Below, in pieces: positions 18,831 through 26,679 of a stretch of 32,000 nt of DNA. The DNA lies in NCBI GenBank assembly GCA_030149205.1, contig JASBSB010000004.1, forward strand, positions 1 through 32,000, given 5' to 3'. The stretch's first letter is position 1. Every line of letters starts with the position of its first letter. The position numbers and the translations under genes were made by a program. Below the pieces are notes generated by a model. The model was not told where the DNA came from, searched no databases, and saw nothing but the letters and a program-made list of their open reading frames with translations. Origin of the DNA: Candidatus Heimdallarchaeota archaeon (GTDB taxonomy: Archaea > Asgardarchaeota > Heimdallarchaeia > Heimdallarchaeales > Kariarchaeaceae).

Positions 18831-19068
18831 AAAAGTACAAGACCATTAAAGCTTCCCTTTATTTTAATTTATCCTACAGGAAGTGATCGTTGGAACAGAA
18901 CATTCTTCGTGGAGAGGTTTCCTCATAGCTTTATTACAATCAACATCCCTCGTCAGCCTCTTAGGCTCCACCTTGCTCGCCAGAATTCCATGGGTTCACT
19001 CTCCTCCCCACTGCTTAGCTTTTCCATCAGTTTGTAGTATCTTTTGTTTATGACCTGCTCCCGATAAT
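18831..19068. repeat. 238-bp direct repeat, copy 1 (partner at 22000..22237)
   Basis: Ungapped alignment; covers the last ~38 codons of a family I gene plus ~120 bp of downstream sequence. Confidence 0.9.
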
Positions 19069-19669
19069 TTAAAGTAGGTATGTAATAAATTCCTAGAGAT
19101 CCAACTAATTCAAGAATGGTGTTAACTGATAAGAAAATAAACTTCGAATTTACAATAATCATAACAATTACGGCAACATGAGCGATCAGAATAGCTGGAA
19201 TGAGGGCATATATTTTATCTAGGTCAATTTTTAATCTAAATTGATAGTCCTTGATATATTCCTCATATTTTTTGTTTAAGAGATAATAATAGAAGGTTTT
19301 TGGATACATACTAAAAAACATGAATAGATTAATTGTGACCATCAGATTAAGCAAAATGTAAACTCCGGTAATGACACGGAAATCTAAGTACAACAAATAC
19401 AAAATTAGCTGAAAAATCAATAATCCTGTCGGGATGAATACATCTGTAAAAAGGGAGCGAAGAATTCCATGGTTTTGTAACCAATGCCGTCGACCAAATA
19501 TAAACCGTAATTGAGAGAAGAATATTATAGCTTTAATTCCAAAAATGAGACCATAAGGAACAAAGAAAAGATTGGGAATAAGTCCTAGAAAAAGTAGTAC
19601 TATGATCTCAATCCCTAATTCTAGGGTATACAAGTGTTCAAAATATAAAATTTGCTTTAATTTGATCAA
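18953..19669 (-). CDS. Multi-pass membrane protein, partner/immunity-like family I (ends RWSLRG)
   Basis: Paralog of 15355..16074; SD AAGGTG upstream of a TTG start. Confidence 0.75.
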   Translation of the reverse strand: MIKLKQILYFEHLYTLELGIEIIVLLFLGLIPNLFFVPYGLIFGIKAIIFFSQLRFIFGRRHWLQNHGILRSLFTDVFIPTGLLIFQLILYLLYLDFRVITGVYILLNLMVTINLFMFFSMYPKTFYYYLLNKKYEEYIKDYQFRLKIDLDKIYALIPAILIAHVAVIVMIIVNSKFIFLSVNTILELVGSLGIYYIPTLNYREQVINKRYYKLMEKLSSGEESEPMEFWRARWSLRG

Positions 19670-19712
19670 ATAAACACCTTTAGATCTATCATTTAATCAA
19701 CAACAAGTCCAT

Positions 19713-19755
19713 CACATATCTGTTATACATTAAGATTACTTAAGTTTATCGCACA
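19713..19755 (-). promoter_or_regulatory. Cassette-head motif copy E (core and tip absent)
   Basis: TGTGCGATAAACTTAA + 24 nt + GTG; overlaps the stop codon of 19746..20417; leads into only 8 codons and then the family I gene. Confidence 0.65.
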
Positions 19756-20417
19756 TTCAATTTTGCATCCTCATTCTTGTGTCCCTCTGTCACAGCTTCC
19801 TTCTTCTTTTGTCTATATCCAAGGATTATGAGTTGTGTCCTACGGAGAAGATACATGATGAATGGCCACCAAAGTAGTGAGTCAATAGTAATTAAATGTA
19901 ACCACCCAGAGATTTGTAGTCTTTGACAGGTTCCATCATAGCAAACATAAAACACAACCAAAACTGGAAGAATGAGAGAGAGAGGAAGAAATATTTTATC
20001 TATGGGGTCTTCAGGTGTTATATCCGCGGTAAAAAACTCAGATCCGTACCAGATATAAAACATTGGGTTCGCCAAAATAAAAAAACTTGTACCAAATATT
20101 ATGTCGACGGCTGCTAGTCCTAAAATAAGTAAATAGAGATACCTTAGAGAAAACAGGGTTGAAGCATCTCTAAGTTCTGATTTAAACAACACATAATATA
20201 GACCAGATACAAAAACTAGAAGAGGTAACAAATAATAAATAAACACAATTGAGAACCAAATCCAAACATTTGATCTAGATAGAGCGTTGATTATTTGATT
20301 GAAATTTACCTGAGAATTAATCAGAGGGTGTTTCCAAAAGTATGAAATCATAACTGCTAGGTAAGGCAAACTTATACCTTGAAATACTGAAAGGGTTTCA
20401 TATTCCTTATCTTTCAT
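19746..20417 (-). CDS. Multi-pass membrane protein (partner-like)
   Basis: About 5 TM segments, charged C-terminal tail, SD AGGAG upstream. Confidence 0.7.
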   Translation of the reverse strand: MKDKEYETLSVFQGISLPYLAVMISYFWKHPLINSQVNFNQIINALSRSNVWIWFSIVFIYYLLPLLVFVSGLYYVLFKSELRDASTLFSLRYLYLLILGLAAVDIIFGTSFFILANPMFYIWYGSEFFTADITPEDPIDKIFLPLSLILPVLVVFYVCYDGTCQRLQISGWLHLITIDSLLWWPFIMYLLRRTQLIILGYRQKKKEAVTEGHKNEDAKLNVR

Positions 20418-20429
20418 GCTGTATATCTC

Positions 20430-20675
20430 CTAAAAAAGTGAGGCGAAAGACCTTTGTAGTAGCAGAGGAGCAAATACAAGGGAATAGAAGAGTATTGACA
20501 TTCTTGTTTGAACTACCTTTTTTCCAATCATGACATCTACTCCATTGACTACACCGATAGTCAGGGCTATGAAAAGCACCTTAATGTAGTTGTGAAGCAC
20601 CTGTAAATTTAGTGTTTGCGGTGAGATTAGACCAACAAAGGCCTTATTTAACTCATTTGTTGTTTTGATTTTCAT
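20430..20675 (-). CDS. 81-aa hydrophobic ORF, possible tip remnant
   Basis: Two hydrophobic segments; stops 12 nt before the next gene, with the SD overlapping its stop. Confidence 0.35.
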   Translation of the reverse strand: MKIKTTNELNKAFVGLISPQTLNLQVLHNYIKVLFIALTIGVVNGVDVMIGKKVVQTRMSILFYSLVFAPLLLQRSFASLF

Positions 20676-20738
20676 TAAATTTCTTTCTCAGTTGATATTA
20701 TTTATTATTTCATCTACTTGAAAATGATTACTATTCAT

Positions 20739-21866
20739 TTAGTACAATTTGTGATTTGTGAGGTTATATTTGTATATCCCTCCATTGGAACCAACAATAA
20801 CTACCTCATGGCTTGAAAATTGGTGCATCTGTATTGGAACAAAATCTGTTTTGATACACAAAGTGTTATGTTCCGTCTGTTCAATTATTTCCCCTTCTGA
20901 GCATGATAGCAATCCAGAATCTATGACCAGCATATCATATACCATTGTACTATGAGACATCGGTAACTCTGAGGTCACTCCTCCCTCTATCTTATAAAGT
21001 GTCCCCTCCTCACTTCCCAGATAAATAGTGTCATCTTTAGATACTAAGGAATTGATATAGCAGTTAAACAAGAATCTTTCTGTGCTAAAATCAGATGTAT
21101 CGATAACAAACAACTCTGATTGCGTCTGTGAGTCATTGAGGAGAAATGTTTTGTTTTCATACTGTGTCAATCGCTCCACAGTTATTGGCAGTTTAACAGT
21201 GTGAAGAATTGCAAAGGTTCTTGATGAAATGTAATAGATGAATTCCCCTCTCCCAATTACTAAGAGCTCACCCTCCTCATGAAAGTCAAAAGGAAATTCT
21301 GGTGCTACTGGCAATACATATTCTTGCAGAACATTGAAGTTTGAATCATACAAAAGCGCTTGACCAGAGCTCATCAAAATTAAAACTTTTGCAGTTTTTA
21401 ATGGAAGAGCGTAGAACACGTCCTGGTTGATTTCCTTTGGTTTCTTAAAATTATTGAAATCAAAGACACCTAGTGTGTTATTTTTGTTGTAAATCAACAG
21501 GAATTTGTCACCCATAAATGGTTCAAGATGTTCAATGTCTGGAAATCTCAGAAAAATTGGTTCTTTGTCATACTCTAGATCTTGTATCTTAATCTGGAAA
21601 TTACTGTAAATTACGACCTTGCTTCCAATTATTACTGAATCTTTCACAAAAAATTGAGGTGAAGTCACACGAGAGCTCCCAATAAAAAGTGGTATAACAA
21701 ACCAGATAAAGGCTATTCCAGTCAAAATCGCAATTAAAAGACCAAAACCCACAAGAACCTCCTGTTGTATCCCAATTGTTTGAAAAACCATAAAAGAAAG
21801 GTATAAGGACAAAATTAGAAAAACAAGAAAATAAGAAAAGCTGGCACTAAAATATTTATGATTCAT
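20739..21866 (-). CDS. Two-TM-anchored beta-propeller (WD40-like) protein
   Basis: Two N-terminal TM helices followed by ~40-aa beta-repeats, e.g. YINSLVSKDDTIYLGSEEGTLYKI, HSTMVYDMLV and VVIVGSNGGIYKYNL. Confidence 0.7.
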   Translation of the reverse strand: MNHKYFSASFSYFLVFLILSLYLSFMVFQTIGIQQEVLVGFGLLIAILTGIAFIWFVIPLFIGSSRVTSPQFFVKDSVIIGSKVVIYSNFQIKIQDLEYDKEPIFLRFPDIEHLEPFMGDKFLLIYNKNNTLGVFDFNNFKKPKEINQDVFYALPLKTAKVLILMSSGQALLYDSNFNVLQEYVLPVAPEFPFDFHEEGELLVIGRGEFIYYISSRTFAILHTVKLPITVERLTQYENKTFLLNDSQTQSELFVIDTSDFSTERFLFNCYINSLVSKDDTIYLGSEEGTLYKIEGGVTSELPMSHSTMVYDMLVIDSGLLSCSEGEIIEQTEHNTLCIKTDFVPIQMHQFSSHEVVIVGSNGGIYKYNLTNHKLY

Positions 21867-21872
21867 TGTGTT

Positions 21873-21995
21873 TTACAACCTCAAATTATAGTTTGTCAAA
21901 TGAAATATGGCAAATATTAATGAAATAACAGCCATAGCAACATTAAATTTTAGAGCTGCGTCTAAATAATGTATTAACCCACTTTGAACAATCAT
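21873..21995 (-). pseudogene. 40-codon hydrophobic C-terminal remnant, possible tip fragment
   Basis: Reads MIVQSGLIHYLDAALKFNVAMAVISLIFAIFHLTNYNLRL*; the stop lies 6 nt before the propeller gene start. Confidence 0.35.
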
Positions 21996-21999
21996 GAGT

Positions 22000-22237
22000 A
22001 AAAGTACAAGACCATTAAGGTTTCCCGTTATTTAAATTTATCCTACAGAAAGTGATCGGTAGAACAGAACATTCATCGTGGAGAGATTTCCACAGAGCTC
22101 TACTACAATCAACATCCTGCGTCAGCCCCTTAAGCTCCACCGTGCTTGCCAGAACTCCACGTGTTCACTCTCCTCCCCACAGTTTAGCTTTTCCATTCAT
22201 TTGTAGAATCTTTTGTTTATGAGCTGATCCAGATAAT
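22000..22237. repeat. 238-bp direct repeat, copy 2
   Basis: Aligns without gaps to 18831..19068. Confidence 0.9.
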
Positions 22238-22244
22238 ATTGTAA
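22122..22244 (-). pseudogene. 3' remnant of a family I gene
   Basis: Reads LQYYLDQLINKRFYK*MEKLNCGEESEHVEFWQARWSLRG*, with an internal TGA at 22197-22199; the 5' part of the gene is missing. Confidence 0.85.
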
Positions 22245-22440
22245 TAGTAGAAAGAATGAACCACGAAAAGAAGAATAGAAAGATGTTTCCCTTTAGCAAG
22301 TGTTCAAGTGTCTTTTCTGAGTCGAGGGGTTAATTTCTCGTAGTAAAAATATTATTGGTTTAACCTCAGAATTTGAAGCTCACAGAATTTTCATTAAAGA
22401 TCATGATTAATTGGTGAGTTTAATGATTCGAAATAACTTC

Positions 22441-23628
22441 TTAAATAAAAATATCTCCACCCAGGTTCATGCCACCAAAATATTTTATGACCTTATTGTC
22501 ATCATTATTTGTGATGGTTCTAATTTTAGATAATGATTCCTTGGTTATTGAATTAAGCAACAAGTTAATACTCCAATAATTTCTTTCTATCAAAAACCCG
22601 AAGAACATTGAAGTAATGACCACAGTTCCTAATATCACCATTGAAATAAATTGGATTGCATTAATCTCGAATTGATTATTAAATAACTGAGACAGTTGGA
22701 GAAAAATATTTAGTGCCAGAAAAAGCCCAATCCAAACATAAGACTTCTCATAAATATATCGATCAACCCACAACTGGTCTAAGAGAGACAATTTTCTAAA
22801 ATTAAATCTTTTAATAACCCTGTTGCCAATAATAACTCCAAGAATTAAAGATGAAAGATATAAAAAGGCTAAAAGAGCCGATGCAGCAGAGGAACCAAAA
22901 AACAAAGTCAATGCAGGCTGAAATTCCCAAAGAATATAATTGATTGGTAAAACAAAAATCACAACAATTCCTGAAAATAATCCAAACAACTTAGTTTGAG
23001 AGAATATTATGGGTTTGTAAGGTATATAAGAAAACTTGGAAAATGATGAAATAGCCATCAGAATAAAGAAAGAGGCAACTGGCACTAAAAACAGGCTGTA
23101 AAGGAGGATTATGATGATAATGCCAATTTGTGACCCAGTTGGATCAATAATCACAGAAAATCCCATCAAAACTAAAATTTGTAAGAAGAGGTTAATTATT
23201 GTGAATTTCAATGAACGACGATATAAGTGTTGGCTTTCAGAGAATTCAACTCCTCTTGGATTTATCAAAGCAATTGTCTCTTGCACAAAATTCAAAAATT
23301 TAAATAGTGATGGTCTAGTCTTTGCATTCAATGTTTGAACATCTTTTTCATCAAGAATTTTTCTTAAATTATCGGTTAGTTCTGGAAAAAATTTGTTCCA
23401 ATTTTTAAAAACTAACATTCCAACAAAGTCTGAAATTATAGGGAATAAAAATAACGTCCCAATAATCGCTATCATAACCTCTATCATTAGATACTTGTGT
23501 AGGAGATACAAATTATCTATTCCCAATGAGAAGGAGAAAGTAAAGAAAATTACCCAAAAAAAGATGGTTTGATAAATTATCAAAGTTCGAATAAATCTTT
23601 TCTTTCTTTGGCTTAAATTATGTTTCAT
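22441..23628 (-). CDS. Large multi-pass membrane protein (~9 TM), candidate partner of module C
   Basis: Starts 15 nt after the module C stop with SD GGGAG; F/I/L-rich composition. Confidence 0.75.
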   Translation of the reverse strand: MKHNLSQRKKRFIRTLIIYQTIFFWVIFFTFSFSLGIDNLYLLHKYLMIEVMIAIIGTLFLFPIISDFVGMLVFKNWNKFFPELTDNLRKILDEKDVQTLNAKTRPSLFKFLNFVQETIALINPRGVEFSESQHLYRRSLKFTIINLFLQILVLMGFSVIIDPTGSQIGIIIIILLYSLFLVPVASFFILMAISSFSKFSYIPYKPIIFSQTKLFGLFSGIVVIFVLPINYILWEFQPALTLFFGSSAASALLAFLYLSSLILGVIIGNRVIKRFNFRKLSLLDQLWVDRYIYEKSYVWIGLFLALNIFLQLSQLFNNQFEINAIQFISMVILGTVVITSMFFGFLIERNYWSINLLLNSITKESLSKIRTITNNDDNKVIKYFGGMNLGGDIFI

Positions 23629-23643
23629 TTTAAACTCCCTACA

Positions 23644-24585
23644 TTAAACCAACGCTTGAATTGCAAACCACACACCCATGGCTAGATGGATGACACTCAA
23701 CAGAAGGAAAGGTACTGCATTGGCTAGCAATCTATGAGTCCGAGACCTTTGAACTTTTGATGCGGCACCATTCGTTATGGGGAATGACCCCGCCACCGTT
23801 CCAACAGTAAATCCAGCAATTAATCCTATGACTCCTGTATTAAAGAACAAGTCACCAACAATGTTGAAATCCCCGTGATTTAGAGGTAATAATGATGTAA
23901 ACAATCCAGTGATAAATTGACCTATGGCTAACAACGCAAAGATGGCAGTCATTTCTTTTGTTAATGCTCCCTTTACAATGAGAAACTCTGTGAACTTGCT
24001 TAACCCAGGTGCAAATCGTGTGAACTTTCCTAACTCAGTAGTTTTTGCGTTAAATCTATAATTACGGTAAGAAGGTCCAGCAAGCAAATATCTCATCGCA
24101 AGATATGAAACAACTGCTAGAAATATTGAAAAATGCATATTTGCAAATCTGATTGCCAGCCTCTTACGATCCTCCGCAGGCTGAGAGTTCACATGGATGG
24201 CCTCCCCTATGAGGATGGCAACATTTGCAAGATGTGTCACCATTGCTAAAACAAGATAATAGAATGTGTAAAACATCATGTATGTATAAGACTGAATCAA
24301 GATATTCCCTGAGGAATCCACAGTCACACTTACTGAAATTATTGTTTCAACAATCTGTAGCAGAGCAAGTATTGCTGAGCGATACACATTCATCATTTCT
24401 TCTGCAATAAGCAGGGGTATTTTGTTGACGATGAACTCCCCAGCCACCTTGACCACTTCGATGGTGACGCTGTCCTTAATGCCCTGCTGGTTAACACATG
24501 TGAAACTGAAGCTGCTGTGTGTTCCAATTCCAAAGGATTTTTGGTGAAGGCAATGGTACACATACCTGATATACATTAAAACCAT
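23644..24585 (-). CDS. Orphan module C: leader + partial core block + hydrophobic tip with a glycine zipper
   Basis: FSFTCVNQQGIKDSVTIEVVKVAGEFIVNKI aligns to the main gene's FTFTVRALQTIKDGVTVDGVKEAGEFIANNI; tip contains GLIAGFTVGTVAG. Alternative start is the GTG at 24561. Confidence 0.8.
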   Translation of the reverse strand: MVLMYIRYVYHCLHQKSFGIGTHSSFSFTCVNQQGIKDSVTIEVVKVAGEFIVNKIPLLIAEEMMNVYRSAILALLQIVETIISVSVTVDSSGNILIQSYTYMMFYTFYYLVLAMVTHLANVAILIGEAIHVNSQPAEDRKRLAIRFANMHFSIFLAVVSYLAMRYLLAGPSYRNYRFNAKTTELGKFTRFAPGLSKFTEFLIVKGALTKEMTAIFALLAIGQFITGLFTSLLPLNHGDFNIVGDLFFNTGVIGLIAGFTVGTVAGSFPITNGAASKVQRSRTHRLLANAVPFLLLSVIHLAMGVWFAIQALV

Positions 24586-24601
24586 TTAAGTTTATCGCAC
24601 A
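24559..24601 (-). promoter_or_regulatory. Cassette-head motif copy C
   Basis: TGTGCGATAAACTTAA + 24 nt + GTG. Confidence 0.65.
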
Positions 24602-24722
24602 TAAATCATGTACCTAAACTTCCCGCTCAAGAAAATTACTGATGGATCTTTTAATTTACCATATCTTTGCTCCTTGGATTCTGCTTAATCTTCAATCAGT
24701 TTCACCGAACAGGTTAACACAT

Positions 24723-25490
24723 CTATGTCTCTATAGGAGTGGAATTCTTGAGGGAAGGAAAGTCAATTTTAAGCATAAACCAATCAATTATAACTAAATT
24801 AATTAACACAAATGTCTTCGCAACCACATGGCCATTTACCAATGGAATTGAGTTTGTGATGTTTTCAAAAAATGTGAAAAATAGCAAATTTTCAAGGTAA
24901 TTCAATGTCAGAAAACCAAGGATGATGAATTTCCACATTGTAAGATCTGCCAATACTATATTCTTGATCATATTTTCAAAGTATAGCCCCATAATCAGAA
25001 CCACCCCTAATATTCTTAAGAGATTCCAGTCACCAGCAAAGAAACTCAAAAAATACAATGAGATTAAGGTGATTATCCTAATAAAGTAGAAACCAATGCT
25101 ACTTTTCTCAAGGGTCTTAGGAAATAAGTTAAATTCAAACTTAAATTTCGGGTCATCTGAATTGGAATCTGTTAATAAAAAGGGAAATATGATCAGTAAC
25201 ATTGAAATTAAGCTTTCTGATGTTATACTACTGATTAAGGCGATTACACTTAGGACATAATAAACCAGGTAATTTTCCTTAGGATCAGGTTCAATTATCC
25301 CTCGAAGTGATATCAGACTAATTATTTTGGAGATAACCAGAAAAATTACCAATCCTCCAAGAAGACCAAAACCCTCCCAGCTTGAAAATGACACATTATT
25401 AAGGAGCTGAAAATAAAGCACTATTGGAAACAGCAGCACCATTAGCTGCCTCAGAACAAAATTTACAACAGGGAGGTGTTTTCGTTTCAT
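24723..25490 (-). CDS. Multi-pass membrane protein (partner-like)
   Basis: About 7 TM segments; its ATG overlaps the module B stop (ATGA, 25487-25490). Confidence 0.7.
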   Translation of the reverse strand: MKRKHLPVVNFVLRQLMVLLFPIVLYFQLLNNVSFSSWEGFGLLGGLVIFLVISKIISLISLRGIIEPDPKENYLVYYVLSVIALISSITSESLISMLLIIFPFLLTDSNSDDPKFKFEFNLFPKTLEKSSIGFYFIRIITLISLYFLSFFAGDWNLLRILGVVLIMGLYFENMIKNIVLADLTMWKFIILGFLTLNYLENLLFFTFFENITNSIPLVNGHVVAKTFVLINLVIIDWFMLKIDFPSLKNSTPIET

Positions 25491-25726
25491 ATTCTAACTC
25501 CGTCGACGAAGCTGGTGACGCCCCTTTTGATCTCTGTGAGTGCCTTGTCTGTCACCCGAAACACCTCAGAGACAAAGTCAAACAGGGTCGCTCCAGGCCT
25601 GCCAATGATGCTCATCACGGTGTTCCACAGGTTCTGCTGCCAGCTTTTCAGGGACGGTTCATTCAAAGTTAGAACTCGGAACTTTGAATTAAATTCTAAT
25701 TTTAGCTGTGCAATGTTGATATTCAC
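25487..25726 (-). pseudogene. Orphan module B: core-homology block with no tip
   Basis: Reads SWQQNLWNTVMSIIGRPGATLFDFVSEVFRVTDKALTEIKRGVTSFVDGVRI*; 56% GC over 25501-25660; carries two 6-nt in-frame insertions relative to the main gene. Confidence 0.8.
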
Positions 25727-25938
25727 AAAGTTAAATAATTTTCTTTATTTATAAATTTACTCCACAAATGACAGAATTGAAATTCTATTGATTGGAATTA
25801 TATCATTATTTGAGATGACCTTTTGTCCCTGTCACGTATTTGAGTGTTATAAGTCACTTGTGTAAATACTACCCCTATTTTTAACTAACCATTTTCAAAT
25901 ATCTATAAACTTTGAAATCTTATCTGTAGATTGAAAAA

Positions 25939-26679
25939 TTAAAACCAACCATTTGATGTAATTAATAATAGTCTAAACAAAAAAATCGAAGCAGCAATAA
26001 ACAAACTAAGGTTTATTATTACTAGCCCTGGTAGATAAAGCATTAAAAGCGATTTAATAGAGTTTTCACTTCCTTGGTTATCTGGAGGATTGAAGTAATA
26101 AAGAAATCTAGGAAGTAAACCCAATGTAATTCCAGACACAAATATCAATAAGGTGATCATCTGTTCAACACCTCCGAGATAGACATCTATAATACGTATA
26201 GGGGCTAATACTATCGCAATTCCAATGAACAGGAGATCTAACTTCTTAGAGGTAGCAGGTACAAATTTGATAGTCCATTTCAACAATCTCTTAATCTGCT
26301 TGGAAGGTACAGAAAGACCACAGAAAGTTAATATTTGCTCGCTTTGATTAAACTCTCTGTTCAGCTCATCCGAAAGGTTTAGAATGACACCAAGCATCCC
26401 AAACCCAAGTGCCATAAAAAAAATATAACTTCTTGTTAGTCCAGATTTTACAGAAGGGGATAGCAGGCCAATTATAATTACAGTTAATCCACCACCAGCC
26501 ACAAAAAGGATAAAAATTGCTAAATTAAAAACCGTATATCTCTTAAATGAGGTGCCTTCAGCTATAAAGGAAAGAAAATGAGAGTCCCCGAATTTCAATA
26601 AATTCCTAGGGGGGGGTGATTCTGAGGCACTCAATCTACTAATACCACCCACTTTCAGTACCTGCCAGCATTTGAACAA
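25939..26679 (-). CDS. Multi-pass membrane protein paralogous to the tip of module D
   Basis: See the alignment in findings (DVY..G...I.....V.GI.LG.LP and terminal GW[YF]). An alternative TTG start at 26634 lies just after the module D stop. Confidence 0.75.
   Translation of the reverse strand: MFKCWQVLKVGGISRLSASESPPPRNLLKFGDSHFLSFIAEGTSFKRYTVFNLAIFILFVAGGGLTVIIIGLLSPSVKSGLTRSYIFFMALGFGMLGVILNLSDELNREFNQSEQILTFCGLSVPSKQIKRLLKWTIKFVPATSKKLDLLFIGIAIVLAPIRIIDVYLGGVEQMITLLIFVSGITLGLLPRFLYYFNPPDNQGSENSIKSLLMLYLPGLVIINLSLFIAASIFLFRLLLITSNGWF

Noticed and set aside
22441-24585. Paralogy between tip C and its 395-aa partner (NAKT..KF..F; RK...IR...IF..V)
   Set aside because: The two short matches are not collinear without a ~50-aa gap and cannot be separated from chance by eye.
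25751-25766. Degenerate cassette-head motif upstream of module B
   Set aside because: Only 11/16 positions match in AT-rich sequence, and there is no GTG at the 24-nt offset.
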